Assembly (NCBI GenBank): GCA_947458785.1
Contig: CANGZU010000003.1
Coordinates: 1-53,656 of the forward strand
DNA: 53,656 nucleotides
DNA from: Ignavibacteria bacterium
GTDB taxonomy: Bacteria > Bacteroidota > Ignavibacteria > Kapaibacteriales > Kapaibacteriaceae
Direction of reading: 5' to 3'
Within the stretch, counting starts at the first letter, position 1. Every line of letters begins with the position of its first letter. Shown in pieces: positions 19,436 to 28,969 of the stretch. Under the pieces are notes generated by a model. It was not told the origin of the DNA. It searched no databases and worked only from the letters and a program-made list of their open reading frames with translations. The position numbers and the translations under genes were made by a program.

Positions 19436-20089
19436 ATGGGAATCCGGGAACGTAAAGAACGCGAGCGCTCGCAACGTCGTCTGGCAATCTTGTCATCGGC
19501 GAGAAGTGCGTTTATCAAGCACGGTCTCACAACTACCTCTATGGATCGCATTGCTAAGGAAGCAGAGCTCGCAAAGGGTACGCTGTACCTGTACTTTCAT
19601 AGCAAAGATGAGCTACTTATGGGGCTCATTGCTAACGATCTTGAGCAGTTGATTGAGCGTCTTTCTCGCGTCGCCGCGACGAAGCAGCGAGCTGATGATA
19701 AACTTGTGGCCGCGTTCGAAGAATTTCATGCATTCTCGAAAGAGAATCAGTTTTTCTTCCAGGTGATGACTCAGCTAAACATCGTTCAGATGGTCAACGG
19801 TGAATACTCGGCTGAAACTCTCGAGAAGTTCTCAAGAGCAAATCAAAATGTGGTCGGAATGATACAGCAGATTGTACAAGAGGGTGCCGACACCGACATC
19901 TTCGTCTTACATGCACCAGTTCAAGATGTAGTTGTTCAACTCATCATTGCGCTCAAGGGCTCAATTGTAATCCTCAAGAATAACATGGTCCCTCCGTTCT
20001 GGGTGCGACAGGACGAACGTGTCCTGTTAGAACAGATCGTGCGAACGCTCGTTCGCGGCATTTCGAATCCATCGATCAACATTTCATGA
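19436..20089 (+). CDS. TetR/AcrR-family transcriptional regulator
   Basis: The N-terminal HTH reads ILSSARSAFIKHGLTTTSMDRIAKEAELAKGTLYLYFHSKDELL. Confidence 0.9.
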   Translation: MGIRERKERERSQRRLAILSSARSAFIKHGLTTTSMDRIAKEAELAKGTLYLYFHSKDELLMGLIANDLEQLIERLSRVAATKQRADDKLVAAFEEFHAFSKENQFFFQVMTQLNIVQMVNGEYSAETLEKFSRANQNVVGMIQQIVQEGADTDIFVLHAPVQDVVVQLIIALKGSIVILKNNMVPPFWVRQDERVLLEQIVRTLVRGISNPSINIS

Positions 20090-21192
20090 CCGCGAGTGAT
20101 TCTATGAAGTACGCCATCATCATGCTCCTTGCTCTTGCATCGTATGGATGTGGACCAGATCAACAGACCGTGCAACCGGTGATTCAAGATATTACGCAGG
20201 CCGTGTATGCGTCGGGAAGATTGTACCCTAAGAACTACTACCGAGTAGCAGCCCGCATGCCTGGCGTAATTGCCGAGGTGTATGTAGTAGCCGGAGATAC
20301 CGTGCGGCAGGGTATGCCGCTGATCAAGATCAAGAATACCACAGCCGAGATTGGTGTCGAGGTTGCTGAGAATGCGTACGCTCTTGCCGATGATAACGCC
20401 CGCGAAACGAGTGCATTTCTCAGTGCGGCACAGGCCGAATACGAGGCAACACGCTCGAAGTATGAATATGATTCAGTAAGCGCCTATCGCCAAAAGCGAT
20501 TGCTCCAGGCGCAAGCGACCTCGCGATCCGTCTACGATGCGGCTGCTACACAGTTGGATGTATCGCGGCAACAAATGCGAAAGGCTCAGCAGTCCTATCG
20601 CAATCTGCAGCAGCGTGTGCAGTTGGAGCGGCGCAATGCATTACTTCAGGTTCAGGCGCAGCGGTCCAATCGTGACGAGTATATCATCTACGCCTTAGAA
20701 GATGGCATCGTGTACGATGTTGTGCCCAATGTGGGTGAAGTTGTTGCACCGCAGATGCTGCTGATCGAGATTGGCCGCGCTTCTGAATATGAAGTTGAAC
20801 TCAGTATCGATGAAACAGACATTGCTCTTCTGAGCCTTGGCCAGCGCGTCGTGTATACCATCGACTCATACAAGAGCGGGCGGTTTGAGGGTGTGATTAC
20901 ACACATCAATCCGCGCGTGTCTGCATCAGATAAGACCGCAAGGGTAACTGCCTCAATATCGCGTCAGTCTGGTGTAACCTTTCTTCCCGGTATGAGCCTC
21001 GAAGCAAACATCGTCATTGCGGAACGACGTAACGCTGTTGTGATTCCGCGGGATTATCTCAAGCCAGGTTCAGTGGTCCAGGTACAGCGCTCGTCAGGCA
21101 GTGAATTGGTCAAGGTTAGAACAGGTATAGAGGATCTTCGCTATGTAGAAGTTCTCAAGGGGCTCTCAACAACAGATGTATTGGTGCGATGA
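20086..21192 (+). CDS. Efflux periplasmic adaptor (HlyD/MacA-like), lipoprotein
   Basis: It has a lipobox (LALASYGC), a lipoyl-like motif (GDTVRQGMPLIKI), a coiled coil and a beta-barrel. An ATGA overlap links it to the TetR gene. The start could instead be the Met at 20104. Confidence 0.85.
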   Translation: MTASDSMKYAIIMLLALASYGCGPDQQTVQPVIQDITQAVYASGRLYPKNYYRVAARMPGVIAEVYVVAGDTVRQGMPLIKIKNTTAEIGVEVAENAYALADDNARETSAFLSAAQAEYEATRSKYEYDSVSAYRQKRLLQAQATSRSVYDAAATQLDVSRQQMRKAQQSYRNLQQRVQLERRNALLQVQAQRSNRDEYIIYALEDGIVYDVVPNVGEVVAPQMLLIEIGRASEYEVELSIDETDIALLSLGQRVVYTIDSYKSGRFEGVITHINPRVSASDKTARVTASISRQSGVTFLPGMSLEANIVIAERRNAVVIPRDYLKPGSVVQVQRSSGSELVKVRTGIEDLRYVEVLKGLSTTDVLVR

Positions 21193-22460
21193 AATCAGTC
21201 TTTTCAAAGCGTCCGCTCCTACGTATTGCATGGGTCCATCTCTTCAGCAAGAAGAGACAGACGATCGTTGCTATGCTAGGGGTCATGTTCGGTGTCACAG
21301 TCTTTATCTTTCAAGCCGGACTTTTGACAGGATTGCAGAATTACTTCATTGAGAAAACGGTCAACACGACAGCGCATGTTCACATCTACAATGAAGTACG
21401 CACCGGCCGACCACATGTTCTGACGAGATATGTTGATACTACTGCCCAGTTGCTCATTGTTCGCAACCAAAAGCCCCGTGATGAAGAACGTAAGGTCCGC
21501 AACGGAAATCAGATCATCCGTGATATTGAGAAAGATCCTCGCGTTGAAGGGGTAGCCCCGTTCCTTGGTCTGCAGGGGATCTACCGATTCGGCATGTCGC
21601 AACAAGCAGGCACACTTGCTGGTGTAGACATTATGCGCGAGGATCAGCTGTTCAAGGTCAAGGACAATCTGATTGCCGGCGACCTGTTGCGCATGGAAAC
21701 ACTACCAAATGGCATCATCCTAGGTGCTGGATTGGCTGACAAGCTTGGGGCAACCGTAGACAACTCTATCATCGTGATCTCCTCAAAGGGTGTAGCACTT
21801 GATATGAAGGTTGTCGGAATCAGTAAGACAGGTATCACGCTTCAAGACAACACACGAGCATACATCTCCTTGCGCAATGCGCAACGACTTCTGCAACAGT
21901 CGGCATCATACATCACTGACATCAACGTTCGTCTGCGTGATGTTGAACAGTCAGAGTCTGTTGCTCGAGAATATCAGCAACGCTATGGGTACAAAGCAGA
22001 GGACTGGAAGGCTGCGAATGCCAATGTCTTTGGGATATTCCGGATCCAGAATCTGACAGTCACATTTGTGATCATATCGATTCTCGTTGTCAGTGGATTT
22101 GGAATCTTCAATATCCTCATGACTATCATCTACGAGAAGATGCCAGACATTGCGATACTGAAAGCGATGGGATATCGTGACAGAGATATAAGCCAGGTCT
22201 TCTTGATTGAATCTCTTGCTATAGGATCTACAGGGGGCTTGCTTGGTCTCTTGTTAGGATTTGCTGCATCAAAGATCGTAGGCATGATCCCGCTGAATAT
22301 ACAGGGGTTTGTTAGTGTTCAATATCTGGTAATCAATTTTAACCCACTGTTCTACCTCGCCGCATTCATGTTTGCTTTGGTATCAACAACTGTGGCAGGG
22401 TACTTTCCAGCCCGGAAGGCTGCCCGATTCGATCCCGTCGAAATCATTCGGAGTAGGTAA
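21189..22460 (+). CDS. ABC transporter permease, FtsX/MacB-type
   Basis: The order is N-terminal TM, a large periplasmic domain, then a C-terminal FtsX 3-TM bundle ending PARKAARFDPVEIIRS. It overlaps the adaptor gene by ATGA. Confidence 0.9.
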   Translation: MKSVFSKRPLLRIAWVHLFSKKRQTIVAMLGVMFGVTVFIFQAGLLTGLQNYFIEKTVNTTAHVHIYNEVRTGRPHVLTRYVDTTAQLLIVRNQKPRDEERKVRNGNQIIRDIEKDPRVEGVAPFLGLQGIYRFGMSQQAGTLAGVDIMREDQLFKVKDNLIAGDLLRMETLPNGIILGAGLADKLGATVDNSIIVISSKGVALDMKVVGISKTGITLQDNTRAYISLRNAQRLLQQSASYITDINVRLRDVEQSESVAREYQQRYGYKAEDWKAANANVFGIFRIQNLTVTFVIISILVVSGFGIFNILMTIIYEKMPDIAILKAMGYRDRDISQVFLIESLAIGSTGGLLGLLLGFAASKIVGMIPLNIQGFVSVQYLVINFNPLFYLAAFMFALVSTTVAGYFPARKAARFDPVEIIRSR

Positions 22461-23146
22461 TGCAAGAACACCCAATGATTTCCGCACGGCATGTGAGTAA
22501 ACGGTTTACAGAACCTGTAGACTTTACAGTTCTTGACGACATCTCGCTCGATATAGACCAGGGCGAGTTTGTTGTGCTTGTAGGGCCTTCTGGCAGTGGA
22601 AAGACTACGTTGATGTACGCCTTGTCTACTCTTGACACGGTCTATGACGGAACGATACTTCTCGACAACACAGACATCCGATCATTCAACAAGAATCAAT
22701 TGGCTGCATTCCGCAATACCATGATCGGTTTTGTCTTTCAGTTCCACTACCTGTTGCCAGACTTTACTGTCCTCGAAAATGTTATGCTTCCAGCGCAGCG
22801 TCTGGGAATATGGTCTGAAGAAGAAATGGAAGAACGTGCATTACAGAAACTCTCACTGCTGGGCGTTGCTGATCAGGCAGGTAAGCGATCTAATCGACTA
22901 TCTGGTGGTCAACAACAGCGAGTTGCCATTGCACGTGCTCTTATGAACGAACCTAAGATTCTGTTTGGTGATGAACCAACAGGCAACCTCGACACAAAGA
23001 ACACTGAAGTTGTGCTCGACATTCTGCAAGAACTCAAAACGGAGTTTAACCAGACAATTATGATGGTTACACACGATACTGCGTTTGCAGAACGCGCCGA
23101 CAGGATCATCGCAATTCGCGATGGTCGTATTGTATCAACAACCTGA
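22460..23146 (+). CDS. ABC transporter ATP-binding protein (MacB/LolD-type)
   Basis: All motifs are canonical: GPSGSGKTT, LSGGQQQRVAIARAL, ILFGDEPTGNLD and MVTHD. A TAATG overlap links it to the permease gene. Confidence 0.95.
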   Translation: MQEHPMISARHVSKRFTEPVDFTVLDDISLDIDQGEFVVLVGPSGSGKTTLMYALSTLDTVYDGTILLDNTDIRSFNKNQLAAFRNTMIGFVFQFHYLLPDFTVLENVMLPAQRLGIWSEEEMEERALQKLSLLGVADQAGKRSNRLSGGQQQRVAIARALMNEPKILFGDEPTGNLDTKNTEVVLDILQELKTEFNQTIMMVTHDTAFAERADRIIAIRDGRIVSTT

Positions 23147-23178
23147 TCATTATTCTATCATCATCATCACAGTTCATC

Positions 23179-24300
23179 ATGAACCATCTTTCTCAACTTT
23201 TCATCGCTGTTGTACTGGCCATATTGTTGTCGGCCTGTTCCAATGGAGGTACCGACAACACACAGGCAAAGCTCGATGATCTCAGAGCTCAGCGTGCACA
23301 GCTCGATGCGCAGATCAAGGAGCTTGAATCCAATCTTCTGGCCACTGGAGATAAGCAGGCTGCGATTCCTGTATCGGTCATTCGCATAGCCGAAACTGAG
23401 TTGCCACACATCATCGATGTTAAGGGCACGGTTGAGTCGAAGTCAACAGTCATGCTATCGTCCATGATGCCCGGGCGTCTCACGAATGTATATGTCTCCA
23501 GCGGACAGGTTGTACGTGCTGGTCAGGTACTTGCAGAGGTGGATAATGAAGCTATCAAGCGAGGTATTGAAGAAGTAAAAGTCCAGCTTGACTTTGCTCG
23601 TACACTTTACGAAAAGCAGAAGCGAGTCTTTGAACAAAAGGCAGGTAGCGAGATCCAATATCTCACGGCGAAGAATCAGCTCGATGCACTTGAGCGCAGA
23701 ATGGAGTCATTACGCGAGCAGCTTTCCATGTCGCGCATAATCGCTCCTCGTGCAGGCATCTGCGACAATGTAACAGCCAAAGTCGGAGAAATGGCTGCGC
23801 CAGGTATGCCATTGATGATGTTGGTTAACATGTCAGATGTTCGAGTCGTTGTCGATGTATCTGAGGCGTTTGTTTCAACAATCAATGTTGGGGACAAGGC
23901 AACGATAGCATTCACTGAGACGGAAGAAAGCATATCAACTACAATTAAGTCAGTTTCGAAGGTCTTGAATCCGTTAAACAGAACCTTTCGCTTGGAGATA
24001 CCTCTGTCAAAGGTTCCGGCTACGGTCAAGCCTAATGCCACATGTCGTGTCGCTATCAATGATGTCACGATCCCTAAGGGCGTAGCAGTGCCCCTGTCAT
24101 CAGTTCAGCGCGATGCTACGGGGGCCTATGTCTTGACCGTTCAGGAGAATAACGTTGTCAAGAAGAAGTACATCGCGACAGGTATTACTTCGGGAGCACT
24201 CGTTGAGGTCAAGAGTGGAATCGCAGTAGGCGAGCAGATCATCGACAAGGGAGTGACGACAGTTGCCGATGGACAAACAGTTAAGGTGGTGAACCAGTAA
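23179..24300 (+). CDS. RND efflux periplasmic adaptor subunit, lipoprotein
   Basis: It has a lipobox (LLSAC), a coiled coil, lipoyl-like motifs (GQVVRAGQVLAEV) and the C-terminal MFP domains. Confidence 0.88.
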   Translation: MNHLSQLFIAVVLAILLSACSNGGTDNTQAKLDDLRAQRAQLDAQIKELESNLLATGDKQAAIPVSVIRIAETELPHIIDVKGTVESKSTVMLSSMMPGRLTNVYVSSGQVVRAGQVLAEVDNEAIKRGIEEVKVQLDFARTLYEKQKRVFEQKAGSEIQYLTAKNQLDALERRMESLREQLSMSRIIAPRAGICDNVTAKVGEMAAPGMPLMMLVNMSDVRVVVDVSEAFVSTINVGDKATIAFTETEESISTTIKSVSKVLNPLNRTFRLEIPLSKVPATVKPNATCRVAINDVTIPKGVAVPLSSVQRDATGAYVLTVQENNVVKKKYIATGITSGALVEVKSGIAVGEQIIDKGVTTVADGQTVKVVNQ

Positions 24301-27300
24301 TGAGTATGCAACATCACAAATCGTTTCCGATAACAGCTTGGGCAGTAGAGAATAGAACAACCATCTACGTCATGTCGTTGATCATTTCGCTGCTTGGCAT
24401 CATCACCTACATACGGTTGCCGAAGGAACAGTTCCCTGATATTGTTGTCCCAACAATTCTGGTAACAACGATTCAGGCAGGTATGACGCCCACTGATATC
24501 GAAAACCTCATTACCAGGCCGATTGAAAAGCAGATGAAGTCGGTGGCCGACGTGAAGAAGATTACCAGCTCCAGTCTGCCAGATGCTTCAGTTGTTGTTG
24601 TTGAGTTCACGACAAACGTCGACCCGACAGTGGGCAAGCAGCGGATATCCGATGCCGTTGATAAAGCCAGAACAGAACTGCCAAATCAACTAACCAAAGA
24701 GCCTCAGGTTGCCGAGATCGACTTCTCTGAGTTTCCGATCATGAATGTCAATGTTTCAGGATCGGTTGGAATGGGCTCATTGAAGCAATTCGCAGATGAA
24801 CTACAGGACAAGCTTGAGTCGCTTCCCGAGATCCGTCGAGTTGATATTATCGGAGCCCTCGACAAAGAGGTGAGGGTTGATGTAGACCCATATCGCCTCG
24901 AGGCAATGGGCATGTCATTCGACGATGTCAGCAGAGCCATCCAATTCGAGGACATGAACATCTCGGGTGGCGAGATACTCAATGATGGTGTTCGCCGCAA
25001 TATTCAGATCAGCGGGGAGTTTGCCTCTGTAGACCAGATCAACAATGTGATTGTACGGAGTATGAGAGGGGCCACTGCCTACATACGTGATATCGCAACC
25101 GTTACCGAGACTACGAAGGAGCAACAGAGCTTCGCACGTTTAGATGGAAAGGACGTTATCACGCTTGCTGTGCTCAAGAAAGCCGGTGAGAACCTCATCA
25201 ATGCATCTGATCAAATCCAGGCGATCGTAGCGGAGTATGAAAAGACACGGTTGCCGAAGGGTGTATCGATCACGATCACGAACGATCAGTCTGTGGCAAC
25301 GCGAATCAACCTTGCTGATCTGATTAACACGATTATCATCGGTTTCATTCTTGTTACGATCGTGCTCATGTTCTTCATGGGCGTACAGAATGCCTTGTTT
25401 GTGGGATTGGCTACGCCACTGTCATCATTCATTGCGTTCTTGATCATGCCAAGTTTCGACTTTACGTTCAACGTCGTCGTTACCTTCGGTTTTTTGCTTG
25501 CGCTGGGAATCGTCGTTGATGATGCTATCGTTGTGATCGAGAATACTCACCGACTTCACACAAAACACCATATTGACGTCAAAACAGCTACGAAGTATGC
25601 AGCTGCTGAGGTCTTTGCTCCGGTGGTTGCGGGTACCTTGACAACACTGGCCCCTTTCGTGCCATTGTTATTCTGGCCCGGACTGGTAGGGGAGTTCATG
25701 GTCTATCTGCCATCGATTCTTATCATCACGCTCACCGCATCGCTCATCGTTGCATACATCATGAATCCAGTCTTTGCTGTGGACTTCATGGATCGCAAGC
25801 CTGTGCAGCTCACGAAACGTTTGTTGACGATGTATGGTGCTGTTTTGGGATTGCTGTGCGTCATCGGAGTGATATCTGGGCAGTATTGGCTTACGACCTT
25901 GGTGTTATTCTCGATCCTGTTTTGGTACATTAATCGTGCCTACTTGACGCCGCGACTTATCCGTCCTTTCCAGGATAGAACATTACCTGGTATCATGGAT
26001 GCCTACCGTGGGGTCTTACGTTGGGCTCTCTCGGGAAGTCGTCCTTGGCAGGTCATTGGATCTATGGTTGCACTGCTTATCGTGACAATTGCTCTCATGT
26101 TCGTTGCAGGGCCAGAGACAACGTTCTTCCCAAGTGCCGATCCTAACTATGCCTACCTCTATATTCAGATGCCTGTGGGCACGGATGCAAAGGAGACTGA
26201 TTCAGTTGTAAGAGTTGTTGAGCAACGTGTCAACGGAATCATCGGTAAGGGTAATCCGCTCGTGAAGTCCGTGATCTCGAATGTGGGTATTGGTGCAGGC
26301 GACCCACAGAATCCAGATCGCACGGTAACCCCACACAAGGGCAAGGTTACCGTCGCATTTGTGGAATACAGTAAACGCGGGGGAAAGAATACCAGTGATT
26401 ACTTGATCAAGTTTCGCCAGGCAGTCGCCGATATTCCTGGAGCCGAGATTGTTGTAGATCAGGAGGCTAGTGGGCCACCTACAGGAAAACCCGTGAACAT
26501 CGAGATCAGTGGAGATGATTTCGACGAACTTACAAGTCTCTCAGAACGGGTTCGACGTTTCATAACCGACACCGCAAAGATTCAGGGAATTGAACGTTTA
26601 AAGAGTGATCTTGTGCGCAACAAACCAGAGTTGGCTATTGTTATCGATCGCGAACAGGCCAACGCTGAAGGAGTATCTACAGCACAGATTGGCATGGTGC
26701 TGCGAAACAACATGTATGGTGCAGAGGCAACGAAGTTCAGATCCGGTGAAGAGGAGTTCCCTGTTCAAGTGCGAGCTATGGAGTCAGTTCGTACCAACGC
26801 AGAAGCGTTGATGAATCAGCCCGTATCGTTCTTTGATATGAGCACTGGTAGGTATCGTCAGATACCCATTGCCTCAATCGCGTCACTGCAGTATACCTCT
26901 ACATATGCCGGAATCAACAGAAAGAACCAGCGCCGGGTAGTTACACTCAGTTCCAATCTGTTACAGGGTTCGAACGAAAACAAGGTTAACAACAATATTC
27001 GTGCTGCTCTTGCAGGCTTCTCCGTTCCAGATGGTTACAATGTCAAGCTCACAGGTGCGCAAGAGGAACAAAAAGAGAGTGCCGACTTCTTAGGCTTTGC
27101 TTTCCTTGTTGCGGCATTGCTCATCTTCATGATCATGGTTACACAGTTCAACTCTGTGGCTAAGCCAATTCTCATCATGGTTACCGTATTGTTCAGCTTG
27201 ATCGGCGTCCTCCTCGGGTTCATCATCTTCCGAATGACGTTTTCAATCGCCATCACTGGTGTTGGTATCGTAGCCCTGGGTGGGATTGTTGTTCGTAACG

Positions 27301-27671
27301 GTATCGTATTGCTCGACTTTACGGATGTTTTGCTCGCACAGGGTTGGAAGCTGCGGAGAGCAATCATTGAAGGCGGGGCCATTCGATTCAATCCAGTTAT
27401 CCTAACAGCCGGTGCTACGATCCTGGGATTGATTCCGCTTGCCGTTGGCCTTAACATCAACTTCTGGGAACTGATCAACCTGCGTAATCCGCAGATTCAT
27501 ATAGGCTCTGACAGTGTGGCGTTTTGGGGGCCCCTTGCCTGGTCCATTGTCTTTGGACTTGGATTCTCAACGTTCTTAACACTTGTCGTGGTACCATGCA
27601 TGTACTACCTGCTGGCGCGTCGTTCGATCTTGCGTCAACGACGCAAAAATCTTCGCGCAGCGAGGGGATAA
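24300..27671 (+). CDS. RND (AcrB/HAE1-like) efflux transporter permease
   Basis: 1123 aa. The N-terminus (FPITAWAVENRTTIYVMSLIISLLG) and the 12-TM / two-large-loop layout are typical. The TM4 region reads GIVVDDAIVVIEN. It overlaps the adaptor gene by TAATG. Confidence 0.93.
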   Translation: MSMQHHKSFPITAWAVENRTTIYVMSLIISLLGIITYIRLPKEQFPDIVVPTILVTTIQAGMTPTDIENLITRPIEKQMKSVADVKKITSSSLPDASVVVVEFTTNVDPTVGKQRISDAVDKARTELPNQLTKEPQVAEIDFSEFPIMNVNVSGSVGMGSLKQFADELQDKLESLPEIRRVDIIGALDKEVRVDVDPYRLEAMGMSFDDVSRAIQFEDMNISGGEILNDGVRRNIQISGEFASVDQINNVIVRSMRGATAYIRDIATVTETTKEQQSFARLDGKDVITLAVLKKAGENLINASDQIQAIVAEYEKTRLPKGVSITITNDQSVATRINLADLINTIIIGFILVTIVLMFFMGVQNALFVGLATPLSSFIAFLIMPSFDFTFNVVVTFGFLLALGIVVDDAIVVIENTHRLHTKHHIDVKTATKYAAAEVFAPVVAGTLTTLAPFVPLLFWPGLVGEFMVYLPSILIITLTASLIVAYIMNPVFAVDFMDRKPVQLTKRLLTMYGAVLGLLCVIGVISGQYWLTTLVLFSILFWYINRAYLTPRLIRPFQDRTLPGIMDAYRGVLRWALSGSRPWQVIGSMVALLIVTIALMFVAGPETTFFPSADPNYAYLYIQMPVGTDAKETDSVVRVVEQRVNGIIGKGNPLVKSVISNVGIGAGDPQNPDRTVTPHKGKVTVAFVEYSKRGGKNTSDYLIKFRQAVADIPGAEIVVDQEASGPPTGKPVNIEISGDDFDELTSLSERVRRFITDTAKIQGIERLKSDLVRNKPELAIVIDREQANAEGVSTAQIGMVLRNNMYGAEATKFRSGEEEFPVQVRAMESVRTNAEALMNQPVSFFDMSTGRYRQIPIASIASLQYTSTYAGINRKNQRRVVTLSSNLLQGSNENKVNNNIRAALAGFSVPDGYNVKLTGAQEEQKESADFLGFAFLVAALLIFMIMVTQFNSVAKPILIMVTVLFSLIGVLLGFIIFRMTFSIAITGVGIVALGGIVVRNGIVLLDFTDVLLAQGWKLRRAIIEGGAIRFNPVILTAGATILGLIPLAVGLNINFWELINLRNPQIHIGSDSVAFWGPLAWSIVFGLGFSTFLTLVVVPCMYYLLARRSILRQRRKNLRAARG

Positions 27672-27678
27672 GAGACGC

Positions 27679-28194
27679 CTACTTCTTCGGATTGAACTTC
27701 AGGGCTGCGCTGTTGACACAATAGCGTAGCCCTGTTGGTTTTGGCCCATCCTCAAACACATGTCCCAAGTGTGCACCACATCGAGAACATGTGATCTCGA
27801 TACGCGTTTCGAACGGAAGCGAGTTGTCTGCATGGTTCTCAACGTTTGTGCTCGCCACTGGTGCGTAGAACGACGGCCATCCAGAACCCGAATCGTACTT
27901 CGTGTTACTCGGAAACAACTCTGTCTCACAGCATCGACAGACGTAGACACCGGTTCCATGGTGATTCCAGTACGCACCTGTGAAGGCACGTTCGGTACCC
28001 TTCTTGCGTGTGATTCGAAACTCATCTTCCGAAAGGAGTTTCTTCCATTCCTCGTCGGTTCTCTCGATTCGCTTCATCGGGGTCGTTGATTTCGTGGAGG
28101 AAGTATAGATCTTTACGACATCGGTGGTCTTCTGCGGGCCTTGCTGTCCGCATGCGACCACGGTGCAGAATGTTAGAATCAACAGGTAGCGCAT
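27679..28194 (-). CDS. msrB: Peptide-methionine (R)-S-oxide reductase with lipoprotein signal peptide
   Basis: SelR motifs are present (CRCCETELF, GWPSFY, CSRCGAHLGHVFEDGP, RYCVNS). The start at 28194 gives MRYLLILTFCTVVAC, a lipobox, and sits directly after the truA stop. Confidence 0.88.
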   Translation of the reverse strand: MRYLLILTFCTVVACGQQGPQKTTDVVKIYTSSTKSTTPMKRIERTDEEWKKLLSEDEFRITRKKGTERAFTGAYWNHHGTGVYVCRCCETELFPSNTKYDSGSGWPSFYAPVASTNVENHADNSLPFETRIEITCSRCGAHLGHVFEDGPKPTGLRYCVNSAALKFNPKK

Positions 28195-28195
28195 G

Positions 28196-28969
28196 TCATA
28201 GTCGGATTGTTGGGACGATCTCAGGTATCGGCTCTTTATCATACTGGACACTTGCTAGGAACAGACCAGATGGGGCTGCCGACTCCCACGACAAAGAACC
28301 CCTGGCGCCCGAGAGGAGTTCCGAAATCCTCGATGCTGGCATCGCTCCACGTCCCACTTCTACAATAGCTCCAACCATCTGACGAACCATATTCCACAGG
28401 AAATGGCTTCCAACGACGTGAACAACAAGTAACGGATGATGGTCTATTACCTGGCAACGAAGAAGATCCACTTTTGTTGACTTCTCATCTGGGTCATCTC
28501 GTGTAAAGCCACGAAAATCATGGAAGCCCTCGAACAATGCAGCAGCCTGTTGCATAGCGGCTACATCAAGCGTGTCCTTGATCCACCATACATGACGCTT
28601 ACCAAATGCTGTTCTACGCTGTGCGATCTGATACACATAGGATCTTGATGTGGCATGATGTCGTGCATGAAATCGTGCGTGAACCTTCTCTACCTGGATA
28701 ACATTGATGTCGGCGGGTAGTAGGTCATTAACCTTCATCCGGAGCACGTGCGGTGCTAACATCGTCTCGGCCTGCAGGTGCGCAACTTGGGCTAGTGCAT
28801 GAACGCCCGCATCGGTCCTGCCAGACCCTACAAACTCAAATGAGCGGGTTTTGAGAGCCCCCTCAAGAGCTCCAATAAGCTCTCCCTGCACTGTCCGCGC
28901 ATTTTTCTGTGCCTGCCAGCCAGAATACCTTGTACCTTCGTATTCGATCAAGAATTTATAACGTGCCAT
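28196..28969 (-). CDS. truA: tRNA pseudouridine(38-40) synthase
   Basis: The sequence MARYKFLIEYEGTRYSGWQAQ...GSGRTDAGVHA contains the catalytic Asp motif. I chose the start at 28969; the listed start at 28990 adds 7 aa. Confidence 0.92.
   Translation of the reverse strand: MARYKFLIEYEGTRYSGWQAQKNARTVQGELIGALEGALKTRSFEFVGSGRTDAGVHALAQVAHLQAETMLAPHVLRMKVNDLLPADINVIQVEKVHARFHARHHATSRSYVYQIAQRRTAFGKRHVWWIKDTLDVAAMQQAAALFEGFHDFRGFTRDDPDEKSTKVDLLRCQVIDHHPLLVVHVVGSHFLWNMVRQMVGAIVEVGRGAMPASRISELLSGARGSLSWESAAPSGLFLASVQYDKEPIPEIVPTIRL

Noticed and set aside
27655-27709. A 7-bp inverted repeat (GCGCAGC ... GCTGCGC) spanning the convergent RND / msrB gene ends, considered as a bidirectional terminator.
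   Set aside because: The arms are about 40 nt apart and both lie inside coding sequence. There is no T-tract, so a chance repeat explains it equally well.
28195-28251. A 19-codon N-terminal extension of msrB that overlaps the truA 3' end.
   Set aside because: The internal Met at 28194 gives a textbook lipoprotein signal peptide and removes the overlap. The extension is hydrophilic and would bury the signal peptide.
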